Of a DNA stretch of 64,000 bases, positions 47,071-59,719 are shown one piece after another (positions within the stretch are counted from its first letter, which is position 1; every line of letters starts with the position of its first letter). The notes under the pieces were generated by a model. That model had not been told where the DNA came from and searched no databases. It was given only the letters and a program-made list of their open reading frames with translations. The translations under genes and the position numbers were made by a program. Origin of the DNA: Eledone cirrhosa. Taxonomy: Eukaryota. The stretch covers positions 1 to 64,000 of the forward strand of contig CAXHJY010000596.1 in assembly GCA_964016885.1 (NCBI GenBank), given 5' to 3'.

Positions 47071-47730
47071 TATATATTTCTGGGGTGCTAAATTATAGTA
47101 TGCCTTCTTCAGACAAAATACAATATTAGATGTATAAAATGTTATATGACATACACACAAGAGAGACCCTATGAGATCAATTCCAAATGGAGATGTCATA
47201 ATAGTACCACTGACGATGTTGCAGATGTGCAACGAAAGAACTTTGTTAGACTATATATATATATGTGTTTATATCTATATTATATCTGTATTTTTGACCG
47301 TTGGTCAGTCAATGATAAACATCCAACGATAAACATCCTCAATGATAAACATTGAGGACCAAATGAATTAACTGTGGAGATATAAAAGATACAGAAGCGA
47401 AAACCAACCAAACAGTGAGTGTGTTCTGTTATTATTTCTGGCAGTATTACAACAATATGACCCTCCTCAAGTATAACAATATGACCCTCCCCAAGTATAA
47501 CAATATATATATATAGGAACGAGTAGGACCCCGACGGCTGAGCTCAAGCCGTTTCGACGGCTAATTCTGGACAGCTAATTCGACGGCTAATTGAGTCCAG
47601 AATTAGCCGTTGAAACGGCTTGAGCTCAGCCGTCGGGGTCCTACTCGTTCCTATTACCCACTCTACTACCTCAAGTATTGAGTACTTTGGTGGGTTATGG
47701 TCCACCTGGTTCCTTACCACATTTCCTTCG

Positions 47731-47834
<104 letters not shown>

Positions 47835-47889
47835 TTCGTTTCTGAATTTGTTTAGCAAGATTCTTTATCTGAAATCGTGTGTTGAAACC

Positions 47890-48132
47890 GATATTGTTAT
47901 ACTTTGGGAGGGTCATGTTGCCAATAAGAAACACACGCACCAGTTGCTTTCACTTCAATTTAATTTAATATATATTTATAAATTTACAAATTTATAAATT
48001 TCTGGTTGGTTGGTTGGTTCCACAACCAGAAATTTATGAATTTGTAAATTTATAAATATATATTAAATTAAATTGAAGTGAAAGCAACTGGTGCGTGTGT
48101 TTCTTATTGGCAACATGACCCTCCCAAAGTAT

Positions 48133-48138
<6 letters not shown>
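47890..48138. repeat. Fold-back palindrome with ~115 bp arms
   Basis: atattgttatactttgggaggg..tttctggttg / caaccagaaa..ccctcccaaagtataacaatat. Confidence 0.93.
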
Positions 48139-48186
<48 letters not shown>

Positions 48187-48333
48187 CGCGTGATGCGTTA
48201 TGTCCTTGAGCAAGACACTTTATTTCACGCTGATCCTTCTACCTGGAGTTGCGACTAATAGATAGTACTAGCAATTGGAAATACCAACGGAAACATTGTT
48301 GCCTCGGTCCGATTTGACGAAAGTCGATCGACC

Positions 48334-48364
<31 letters not shown>

Positions 48365-48566
48365 GGATCAATGTGTGAATAGATGTATGCGTGTGTACGA
48401 ATCCGCCTTGTCTTTATGTGTGGATATGTTTAATGTGTGTGTATGACTGATGGGGCTACGCGTGCCCGTGTGTGTGTGTGTAGAGGGGGGGGGTAGGCTC
48501 ATACAAGTGCACACACGTGTGCGTTCGTACGTCATAACTGACATATTGCCAGTAGGTAAGCTGCTG

Positions 48567-48607
<41 letters not shown>

Positions 48608-48752
48608 GGAGAGAGAGAGAGAGAGAGAGATAGAGAGGGAGAGAGAGAGGGAGAGAGAGAGAGAGAGAGTGAGAGCTAAGTATAGTGAATTGTTAACCGA
48701 TACCGAACGCAGCGGAATGCACCCGAAACACACACACACGGTGGCATACACC

Positions 48753-48787
<35 letters not shown>

Positions 48788-48815
48788 CCTACATATATAT
48801 ACACACATATACACC

Positions 48816-48855
<40 letters not shown>

Positions 48856-48884
48856 CTACATATATATACACACATATACACCAG

Positions 48885-48920
<36 letters not shown>

Positions 48921-48945
48921 GGTGTATATGTGTGTATATATATGT

Positions 48946-49010
<65 letters not shown>

Positions 49011-49144
49011 CCTGGTGTATATGTGTGTATATGTATATATGTAGGTATATATATATATATATATCCATATGTACATAATTATATATATGTATATGTGTAC
49101 GTATATATGTATATATATATATATATATATACAATATGTATATT

Positions 49145-49217
<73 letters not shown>

Positions 49218-49246
49218 AGGTGTGTGTGTGTGTATGTATGTAGGTG

Positions 49247-49278
<32 letters not shown>

Positions 49279-49519
49279 ACTATACATATATCTATACACA
49301 TCTCTCACCCAGAACGTATGTGGAGTTGTTTTTCTTCACGGTGTGTGTGTGTGTGTGTATGTGTGTGTGTGTATGTATGTGTGCGTGTGCGTGTGTGTAT
49401 GTGTGTATGTGTGTGTGTGTGTATGTGTGTGTATGTATGTATGTGTGTGTGTGCGTGTGTGTATGTGCGCGCGTGTGTGTGTGTGTATAAGTCACCTAAA
49501 TATTTGCTTAATCTTTGAT

Positions 49520-50590
49520 TTCCAAACGTTCCTGTTATCTTGCGTTCTGAGTTCGAATCCCGGCTGTTCACCTTTTATCTTTTTGTCCTCCAAGTGTCGA
49601 GAGCTCTGTTGTACTGGGAGCCCTATGAAACGACTATGCTCTTCTTCCTAAACATTAGGGTCCTCTGCCCAAATTAGAAGACATTGCTTCGTGTTGCTCT
49701 TTGTAAGGTAATATATTGGCAGTAACCAGTGGAGCATCGGAGAGCATGCTTTGCAGCATAGAGTTACGTGCCTTCGCCTTCGGAATTCAAATCCCTCCCA
49801 GGTAAGTTTTGCCTTTCATCCTTACGGGGCGGCGAAGTGTCAGAGTCGTTAAGACGTCGGATAGAATGCTTTACGGGGTTAGTCCCACCTCATTGCACAG
49901 TCTGAGTTGAAATCCCGCCGGGGTCAACATTGCCTTTCATCCTTTCGAGGTCGGTAAAAAAAGTACCTGACAAGTACTGGGGTCGATTCTTCCTCTATAG
50001 AATAAAATCGGCTGTGTTCAGACCTGGAGAGGGTTGGCTTCTACCAGGTTTAAAGGTGCCCTCGACACATCATATGACGGGTGCCTCTACAACTCCACAA
50101 CGAGTTGTGGGATCTTTATCCTATGCATACATGGTCTATAAATTAAAGTACCAGTAACGTACTGGGGTCGATTAAATCACACACACACCCACCCCCTCAA
50201 ATTTAGAGTCCTGTGCCAAATCAGAAACAATTATTTGATGGCAGTATCGGTAGAAGGTCGGGCGCCATGCTTTGAAACATAAAGTTACCTCCCTTTGTGA
50301 TCTGAGTTCAAATCCCGCCGAGGTTAACTTTGCCTTTCATCCTTACGGGGTCGATAAAATAAAGTACCAGTAATGTACTGGCGTAATTGCTGGCCTTGTG
50401 CCTAAATCAGAAACCATTATTTGATGTTGCTTTTTCTTTTGTTTATCTGTTTGTTCTCTGCTCTTTGTATTCTGAGTTCAAATCCCAGCATGGTAAACTT
50501 TATCGTTTATCCTTCCGAGATCGATAAAACAAAATCGATTTTTTTTTTTCCTTTCCCTCCTAAAATTACTGACCTTCTGCCTAAAAGATG
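49520..50590 (+). mobile_element. Cluster of older and younger SINE family 1 copies; best copy 50238-50420
   Basis: Repeated gagttcaaatccc / gcctttcatcc motifs. Confidence 0.8.
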
Positions 50591-50786
50591 AGAGGAAGGT
50601 GTCTTTACAGGATGGTATGTCAGATGAAATACATGTGTTCCGTTGTGATGCTTATGTTAGGTCAGATGAAGTGTGATGGTGGTGGTAGAGGTAATAGTAG
50701 AAGTAGTAGCAGTAGTGATGGTGGTGGTAGTAGTAGCTGTGGTAGTAGTACTAGTAGTAGTAGTAGTGGTAGTAGTAGTAGTAGTG

Positions 50787-50919
<133 letters not shown>

Positions 50920-51159
50920 CTGTAGTAGTAGTGGTAGTAGTAGTAGTGGTGGTGGTGGTGGTGGTGGTGGTGGTGGTGGATAGGTTTATGGGAGACAACG
51001 ATACGTGTGATATATGATAGCTGATGTTCTTACACAAGATATCACCTTTCTTGGGCAGACTTGTTGAAGGAGGGAAAAGTAGCTGAGGGAGGGGATTCCT
51101 GGGAGGGGCGGGTGTAATGGGGGTATGTGGGAGGGGGTACATGGGGGGGGGTCATGAGG

Positions 51160-51357
51160 CGGGGTGTAGTGTGGAGGGAGGGTCCATGGCGGTGGGGTGT
51201 AGTGTGGGGGGAGGCTCCATGGGGGTCGGGTGTAGTGTGGAGGGAGGGTCCATGGCGGTGGGGTGTAGTGTGGGGGGAGGCTCCATGGGGGTCGGGTGTA
51301 GTGTGGAGGGAGGGTCCATGGGGGTCGGGTGTAGTGTGGAGGAGGGGCCATGGGGGT
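51160..51357. repeat. 33-bp G-rich minisatellite with alternating unit variants
   Basis: gggtgtagtgtgg..ccatgg units. Confidence 0.9.
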
Positions 51358-51439
51358 AGGGGTGGCTCCACCGGGGGGAGGGGGGGGTCACTAAGGTAAA
51401 ATGGCAATATATCGAGGCTGATGTAGATGTGTATGTATG

Positions 51440-51790
51440 TATGTATGTACATATGTACGTATATGTATGTGTGTGTGTGAGTATGTACATATTTACGTAT
51501 GTGTATGTGTGTGTGTATGTACAGATTTACGTAAATGTATGTGTGTGTGTGTGTGTGTACATATTTACGTATGTGTATGTGTATGTACATATTTACGTAT
51601 GTGTGTGTGTGTGTGTGTGTATGTACATATTTACGTATGTGTGTGTGTGTATGTACAGATTTACGTAAATGTATGTGTGTGTGTGTGTGTGTGTACATAT
51701 TTACGTATATGTATGTGTGTGTGTATGTGTATGTACATATTTACGTATATGTATGTGTGTGTGTGTGTGTGTGTACATATCTACGTATAT
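51440..51790. repeat. Compound minisatellite gtacatatttacgta + (TG)n
   Basis: About 10 cores. Confidence 0.88.
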
Positions 51791-51975
51791 GCATGTGTGT
51801 GTATGTAGATATAATGTATGTGTGAGTGTAGATATGTACGTATATGTATGTGTCTGTATATATATGTGTGTGTGCGTGTGTTATCTATGCTCGTGTGTGT
51901 GTATGTGAGGGAGTGTGAATAGTAAAGAGGAGACAGTTATCAGCGAAAACACATTGTGTATATATATATATATAT

Positions 51976-52068
<93 letters not shown>

Positions 52069-52144
52069 AGTATATATATATATACATGTATATATATATA
52101 TATACATGTATATATATACATGTATATATATATATGTGTGTATC

Positions 52145-52293
<149 letters not shown>

Positions 52294-52452
52294 CATATAT
52301 ATATATATATATATACGATATATTAACAAGTGGAAACTATATTTATAAAACCATATTTATTTCATTATACATATTTCAAGGACACCAAGTCAAATTATGA
52401 CGCGCTTTCATCAGATAAAATATAATATAGATCAGTTTTATAAATAAATATT

Positions 52453-52620
52453 GGACATGGACACACTGGAAGAGTAAGACCAAGGTTAACGTATGTTGAT
52501 GCCCTAAGGACAGACACTGGTCTGTTGGAGACGCAGGACATGGCAACGATAATGAGGGACAGAGACCGCTGGAGAGAACTCGTCCATGGATCTCGGGAAT
52601 TTTACCCGCCCTAGATAGAT
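52453..52620 (+). mobile_element. RTE-type LINE extreme 3' fragment inserted in the 29020-family repeat
   Basis: GHTGRVRPRLTYVDALRTDTGL..MRDRDRWRELV..* plus short (TAGA)n tail; the uninterrupted sequence is seen near 24400. Confidence 0.75.
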
Positions 52621-52747
52621 ACCCTTAAAGAATGCGACCATTTCAGTTGGAAGTTCCCGGATAGTATATATATATATATATATTAGAAAGTGAGGTTTTT
52701 TTTTACAAAATGAAAAATAACCGAGGTGTCCTACCCGAGTGGAAGTA

Positions 52748-53024
52748 TAAAGAAAAAGGGATGAAATCGAAAATGCAACTGAAGTCTTATTTTTTTTTTA
52801 AATATATATATTTATTTGGTTCCTTTAACGGTTTCGCAGTTCTTCTGCTTTTCAAAAGGTGAGTTAAGATGGAGGGTCTGAGAAAAACCACAGACCCTCC
52901 ATCTCAACTCACCTTTTGAAAAGCAGAAGAACTGCGAAACCGGTAAAGGAACCAAATAAATATATATATTTTTTTTAAAAATAAGACTTCAGTTGCATTT
53001 TCGATTTCATCCTTTTTCTTTATA
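52748..53024. repeat. Fold-back palindrome with ~130 bp arms
   Basis: Centre gagggtctg agaaaaacca cagaccctc. Confidence 0.93.
52912..52949 (+). ncRNA. Compact type I hammerhead motif with compensatory U3-A8 core
   Basis: cctt-TTGAAAA-gcag aagaa ctgc-GAAA-ccgg-TA-aagg. Confidence 0.75.
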
Positions 53025-53062
53025 TGCACTGGGATAATTGCTGGCCTTGTGCCAAATGTAGA

Positions 53063-53115
<53 letters not shown>

Positions 53116-53161
53116 GTTTCTACCAAATGTAGAAACAAATATATATATATATATATATATA

Positions 53162-53357
53162 TAATTGTTTCTACTTTTGGCACAAGGCCAGCAATTACCC
53201 AGTGCATTACTGGTACTTTATTTTATCGACCCCGTAAGGATGAAAGGCAAAGCTAACCTCGGCGGGATTTGAACTCAGAATGGCAAGGGCCGTAACTCTA
53301 TGCGTCAAAGCAAAACATGGCGTCCGTCCATCTACCGATACTGCCAATCCACCGCCC
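53162..53357 (-). mobile_element. SINE family 1; extra 3' fragments at 53025-53140
   Basis: Matches the other family 1 copies. Confidence 0.88.
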
Positions 53358-53408
53358 TTATATATATTGCAAGCATGATTGGTTACTCCTTTATTACATT
53401 TATTGGTT

Positions 53409-53493
53409 GGTGACGCGCGTTTCGCTATTGATCAGCTCAAGGTTCGATCTGTATCGATCAAGCCCGACGCTCGAATCAAAAGCTCGTCGGACC
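53409..53493 (-). ncRNA. Hammerhead motif with CCGACGA (U4C) core
   Basis: ggt-CCGACGA-gct..agc-GAAA-cgcgcg-TC-acc; palindromic stem III; second copy 63745-63829. Confidence 0.7.
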
Positions 53494-53838
53494 TCTGCAG
53501 TAGTAATGACAGAATGAATATACATGGTATAGAAATGTCTAACATTCATACGTTGGTCAGTTTACGTTGTTTTGATTGGTGGGTTAATTAAGAGGAATGT
53601 TTTGGGGTCTGTAAGATAGGTGGTGGGAGGAGGGGGTGAACGTAGTGACGAGGTGGTGATGGGGAGTGATGGTTGATGTGAGTTGCGGGGTGGTGGTGTT
53701 TTTTGGCTAGCCCTAGACATGCTGATGTGTATGTGTTGAGGCTGAGGTGGTGTGATGGTGTTGTGGTGGTGGTGTGGTGGTGGTGGTGGTGTTGTGGGTG
53801 ATATGAGATAAAAGACTGCCGTGTTTTACTACTAGCAG

Positions 53839-54071
53839 GGCGGTGTATTGGCAGTATCGGGAGAGAGTGGGCCGCCATGTGTTCCAGTATAGAGTTACGT
53901 TCCTTTATGGTCTGAGTTCAAATCCCGTCGAGGTTAACTTTTCCTTTCATCTTTACGGGGTCGATAAAATAAAGTACCAGTAATGTACACTGGGGTGTAT
54001 GGTGTGGTGGGGTGTAAAGTACCAGTAATGTACTGGGGTAATTGCTGGCCTTGTGCCAATAGTAGAAACAA
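53839..54071 (+). mobile_element. SINE family 1 with internal duplication and insertion
   Basis: Family 1 sequence interrupted at 53989-54015. Confidence 0.85.
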
Positions 54072-54188
54072 CTGTTAGGTAGCAGTAGTTTGGATGTGCT
54101 GTTTAGACATTGTTAAAGAGTACATGTGCTATAAGGAATTAATGAGGTGATGGGAGTGGTATGAGGTAAGTGTATGGAAATATATGTA

Positions 54189-54220
<32 letters not shown>

Positions 54221-54228
54221 CATACTTA

Positions 54229-54281
<53 letters not shown>

Positions 54282-54283
<2 letters not shown>

Positions 54284-54572
54284 TGGGTGCCAACTCGTTT
54301 TCGAGTACGGCCACTACTTTATATCCATGTAGGAGAACCCCTACCGATGCGCTGAACGAGTGTGACTTTTTAGTCCAGCCAGCGACCTGAAAACTCTGGT
54401 ACAAACACTACACTTGCGACAATTACTGACACATAGTGCTGGGCCCATGGTACCATGAGACGACAAGTGCAGAGAGATCTCCAGATATAAAGCAATGCCT
54501 GTGCCGTGAAGCTTTTATAGTGAGCAAAGGCACTGCACAAAGCCAGTCCCACTCTCTTAACCAAGATGATAT
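54282..54572 (-). mobile_element. Non-autonomous RTE-like zinc-finger element, truncated copy
   Basis: Homologous to 5595-5871 and 63370-63660. Confidence 0.65.
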
Positions 54573-54693
54573 TTACATATGAGGAAATATGGTGTAAAGT
54601 TGGTTTTGTGAAAGTAGAGAAGTCTATTAAGGGAACTTATAGAAAAGTTGTTGTGTGAGAGAGTAACGGGAAAATAAGTAAACCTGTGTACAT

Positions 54694-55638
54694 ACTCACC
54701 CAGGGACACATGTCCCACTCACCCAGGGGCGTAGGTCCAACTCACCCAGGGGCATAGGTCCCACTCACCCAGGGGCACATGTCCAACTCACCCACGGGCA
54801 CATGTCTCACTCACCCAGGGGCATAGGTCCCACTCACCCAGGGGCACATGTCCCACTCACCCAGGGGCATAGGTCCAACTCACCCAGGGGTACATGTCCC
54901 ACTCACCCAGGAGCATAGGTCCCACTCACCCAGGGGCATAGGTCCCACTTTCCCAGGGGCACATGTCCCACTCACCCAGGGGCACATGTCCAACTCACCC
55001 ACAGGCACATGTCCCACTCACCCAGGGGCATAGGTGTCACTCACCCAGGGGCACATGTCCCACTCACCCAGGGGCATAGGTCCAACTCACCCAGGGGTAC
55101 ATGTCCCACTCACCCAGGAGCATAGGTCCAACTCACCCAGGGGCATAGGTCCCACTCACCCAGGGGCACATGTCCCACTCACCCAGGGGCATAGGTCCCA
55201 CTCACCCAGGGGCACATGTCCCACTCACCCAGGGGCATAGGTCCCACTCACCCAGGGGCACATGTCCCACTCACCCAGGGGCATAGGTCCAACTCACCCA
55301 GGGGTACATGTCCCACTCACCCAGGAGCATAGGTCCCACTCACCCAGGGGCATAGGTCCCACTTTCCCAGGGGCACAGGTCCAACTCACCCACGGGCACA
55401 TGTCCAACTCACCCAGGGTTCATAGGTCCCACTCACCCAGGGGCACATGTCCAACTCACCCACGGGCACATGTCCAACTCACCCAGGGTTCATAGGTCCC
55501 ACTCACCCAGGGTTCATAGGTCCCACTCACCCAGGGGCATAGGTCCCACTCACCCAGGGGCATAGGTCCAACTCACCCAGGGGCATAGGTCCAACTCACC
55601 CAGGGGCACATGTCCCACTCACCCAGGGGCATAGGTCC
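54694..55638. repeat. 23-bp minisatellite, ~41 copies
   Basis: Unit cccactcacccaggggca(tag/cat)gt. Confidence 0.96.
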
Positions 55639-55807
55639 GTGCTTGCAGATCCACACGAGCATGGATGTAAATATATACACACACACGCGCACTTTATATA
55701 TATATTTATATATATATAAGAACAAAAATCCGTTGAGAAGGCGATGCCTTGTTCGGTCTGTATACCAAAAGCTTATTTTTATAAGCAGACAGTATTATTG
55801 ATTTAAG

Positions 55808-56195
55808 GGCGGTGGATTGGCAGTATCGGTAGAGGGTCGGACGCCATGCTTTCCAGCATAGTTACGTCCCTTTACGATCTGAGTTCAAATCCCGCCGAGG
55901 TTGACTTTGCCTTTCATCCTTACGGGGTCGATAAAATAAAGTACCAGTAATGCACTGGGGTAATTGCTGGCCTTGTGCCTAAAGTAGAAACAATTATTGA
56001 TTTAAGGGCGGTGGATTGGCAGTATCGGTAGAGGGTCGGACGCCATGCTTTCCAGCATAGTTACGTCCCTTTACGATCTGAGTTCAAATCCCGCCTAGGT
56101 TGACTTTGCCTTTCATCCTTACGGGGTCGATAAAATAAAGTACCAGTAATGCACTGGGTAATTGCTGGCCTTGTGCCTAAAGTAGAAACAATTAT
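55808..56195 (+). mobile_element. Head-to-tail SINE family 1 dimer
   Basis: Two near-identical full copies bounded by attattgatttaag three times. Confidence 0.92.
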
Positions 56196-56485
56196 TGATT
56201 TAAGCGTTGCAGAAACCCACTTTCGGAGTATTCCATCTTCCATGAAGGGTCCGGGTAAATATTTCAATCATATCTCATTTTGTTTGACCAGTTTAGCTTA
56301 TTCGCTTTTTTGGCTATGGTGGTTCTTAACAATCGTCTCAGCGTGTATGACCATTTTAACTTATGTTTATAGCTCTGGTATCTTCTTCTTCAGATCCATA
56401 GAGAGCTTGTCTGCACAATATGGAAGTTGCGTTTCGCTAATTTCTACCCACCGAAATGCGATTCTCGTTAAATTATATTTGTGTA

Positions 56486-56605
<120 letters not shown>

Positions 56606-57209
56606 CGGAGACATAGATAGATAGATATACGCACACCCATATATACCTCACCCCACATAGTCACGGGGGTGGGGGGGGGGGGTACACAGAGTCAGATGAG
56701 CGTGCCTGGTTATATTCGTCTGCTCGTCGTGGCAGGGGATATGACGTTTTCGTTCGTGCGGTCACCCTGGACATCCGCACTGGCCGCGCGGGTTCACGCA
56801 TGCGTCCTACGGGTTGTATGCATTTTCGGACACATCGACCCCTGCACGTGTCGCACATATGCCTGGGGCCCCGCATGTGTACACGCCGAGGAGATGAAGG
56901 GTCTCACAGTCTGGGAAGGGTCTCACATTCTATTATAAGGCTGCAGTCAAACGCATATGGACATACATACATACACACGCTTACACACGCCTATATACTC
57001 ATCCCTACATAAACCTACAACTATACATGCGTGTACACACGCATGCGCATACACACGCATGCGCATACACGAGACATCTGCCGGTGTCCGCGCATCGGCG
57101 TGGCATGTAGATGATATCGTGTGGGGATGAGAGGTAAGAAATGATGTTGAATAATGGGGGTGAAACTAGTGATGCAAGATGGGATGATGTAAACTGTGGT
57201 GGTGAGGAG

Positions 57210-58862
57210 GAGTGTATGGTGTGGCGTGGTGGAGTGTATGGTGTGGTGGGGTGTATGGTGTGGTGGGGTGTATGGTGTGGTGGAGGGTATGGTGTGGTGG
57301 GGTGTATGGTGTGGTGGGGTGTATGGTGTGGTGGAGTGTATGGTGTGGTGGGGTGTATGGTGTGGTGGAGTGTATGGTGTGGTGGAGGGTATGGTGTGGT
57401 GGGGTGTATGGTGTGGTGGGGTGTATGGTGTGGTGGAGTGTATGGTGTGGTGGGGTGTATGGTGTGGTGGGGTGTATGGTGTGGTGGAGTGTATGGTGTG
57501 GTGGAGTGTATGGTGTGGTGGGGTGTATGGTGTGGTGGAGTGTATGGTGTGGTGGGGTGTATGGTGTGGTGGGGTGTATGGTGTGGTGGAGTGTATGGTG
57601 TGGTGGGGTGTATGGTGTGGTGGGGTGTATGGTGTGGTGGAGTGTATGGTGTGGTGGGGTCTATGGTGTGGTGGAGTGTATGGTGTGGTGGGGTGTATGG
57701 TGGGGTGGGGTGTATGGTGTGGTGGAGTGTATGGTGTGGTGGGGTGTATGGTGGGGTGGGGTGTATGGTGTGGTCGGGTGTATGGTGTGGTGGGGTGTAT
57801 GGTGTGGTGGGGTGTATGGTGTGGTGGGGTGTATGGTGTGGTGGAGTGTATGGTGTGGTGGGGTGTATGGTGTGGTGGGGTGTATGGTGTGGTGGGGTGT
57901 ATGGTGTGGTGGAGTGTATGGTGTGGTGGGGTGTATGGTGTGGTGGGGTGTATGGTGTGGTGGAGTGTATGGTGTGGTGGGGTGTATGGTGTGGTGGGGT
58001 GTATGGTGTGGTGGAGGGTATGGTGTGGTGGGGTGTATGGTGTGGTGGGGTGTATGGTGTGGTGGAGTGTATGGTGTGGTGGGGTGTATGGTGTGGTGGG
58101 GTGTATGGTGTGGTGGAGTGTATGGTGTGGTGGGGTGTATGGTGTGGTGGGGTGTATGGTGTGGTGGAGTGTATGGTGTGGTGGGGTGTATGGTGTGGTG
58201 GAGTGTATGGTGTGGTGGAGTGTATTGTGTGGTGGAGTGTATGGTGTGGTGGGGTGTATGGTGTGGTGGGGTGTATGGTGTGGTGGAGTGTATGGTGTGG
58301 TGGGGTGTATGGTGTGGTGGAGTGTATGGTGTGGTGGGGTGTATGGTGTGGTGGGGTGTATGGTGTGGTGGAGTGTATGTTGTGGTGGAGTGTATGGTGT
58401 GGTGGGGTGTATAGTGTTGGGGTGTATGGTGTGGTGGGGTGTATGTTGTGGTGGAGTGTATGGTGTGGTGGGGTGTATGGTGTGGTGGAGTGTATGGTGT
58501 GGTGGGGTGTATGGTGTGGTGGAGTGTATGGTGTGGTGGAGTGTATGGTGTGGTGGGGTGTATGGTGTGGTGGAGTGTATGGTGTGGTGGAGTGTATGGT
58601 GTGGTGGGGTGTATGGTGTGGTGGAGTGTATGGTGTGGTGGGGTGTATGGGTGGTGGTGTGTATGGGTGGTGGGGTGTATGGTGTGGTGGGGTGTATGGT
58701 GTGGTGGAGTGTATGGTGTGGTGGGGTGTATGGTGTGGTGGAGTGTATGGTGTGGTGGAGTGTATGGTGTGGTGGGGTGTATGGTGTGGTGGAGTGTATG
58801 GTGTGGTGGAGTGTATGGTGTGGTGGGGTGTATGGTGTGGTGGAGTGTATGGTGTGCTGGAG
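57210..58862. repeat. 17-bp G-rich minisatellite
   Basis: Unit gtgtatggtgtggtgg(g/a). Confidence 0.97.
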
Positions 58863-58965
58863 TGTAGTGTATGTGGTATGTGTTGGTGTGGTTGGTGTTA
58901 GTGGTTGCTGTGTCTCAATGGTATGTGGAGTGTGTTGGTGTGAGGGAGGATGGTGGAGGTATGCT

Positions 58966-59585
58966 GATGTGTTTAGTGGTGTGGTTTTATGGTAATCTGT
59001 TTAGTGGTGTGGTGTATGGTAATGTGTTTAGTGGTGTGGTGTATGGTAATGTGTTTAGTGGTGTGGTGTATGGTAATGTGTTTAGTGGTGTGGTGTATGG
59101 TAATGTATTTAGTGGTGTGTGGTATGGTAATGTGTTTAGTGGTGTGGGGTATGGTAATGTGTTTAGAGGTGGGGTGTATGGTAATGTGTTTAGTGGTGTG
59201 TGTATGGTAATCTGTTTAGTGGTGGCGGGTATGGTAATGTTTTTAGTGGTGGGGTGTATGGTAATGTGTTTAGTGGTGGGGTGTATGGTAATGTGTTTAG
59301 TGGTGTGGTGTATGGTAATGTATTTAGTGGTGTGTGGTATGGTAATGTGTTTAGTGGTGTGGGGTATGGTAATGTGTTTAGAGGTGGGGTGTATGGTAAT
59401 GTGTTTAGTGGTGTGTGTATGGTAATCTGTTTAGTGGTGGCGGGTATGGTAATGTTTTTAGTGGTGGGGTGTATGGTAATGTGTTTAGTGGTGGGGTGTA
59501 TGGTAATGTGTTTAGTGGTGTGGTGTATGGTAATGTATTTAGTGGTGTGTGGTATGGTAATGTGTTTAGTGGTGTGGGGTATGTT
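58966..59585. repeat. 27-bp minisatellite with 215-bp (8-unit) higher-order duplication
   Basis: Unit gtgtatggtaatgtgtttagtggtgtg; identical variants recur at 59200 and 59415. Confidence 0.95.
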
Positions 59586-59719
59586 AATGAATGCGACCTA
59601 CCATTTACAGGATGAAACCTTCAAACGGGTTACAAACTAAAAATTAACAAGGATCACAGTGGTAATGAATTGAGATGAGATATGAGAAAATAGTGGTAGT
59701 TATTCCTATATTGTTATGG

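Noticed and set aside
55808-55900. tRNA gene suggested by A and B boxes
   Set aside because: No full cloverleaf; it is the head of a multi-copy SINE
56210-56475. Possible PLE RT C-terminal remnant (LPYCADKLS..) on the minus strand
   Set aside because: Too short and stop-ridden to call without a profile search
56660-56930. GC/CpG-richer unique segment as exon or promoter
   Set aside because: No recognisable protein or regulatory motif; cannot be supported from sequence alone
57141-58995. 586/599-aa Gly/Val/Trp/Cys ORFs
   Set aside because: 17-bp minisatellite lacking stop codons in all plus frames
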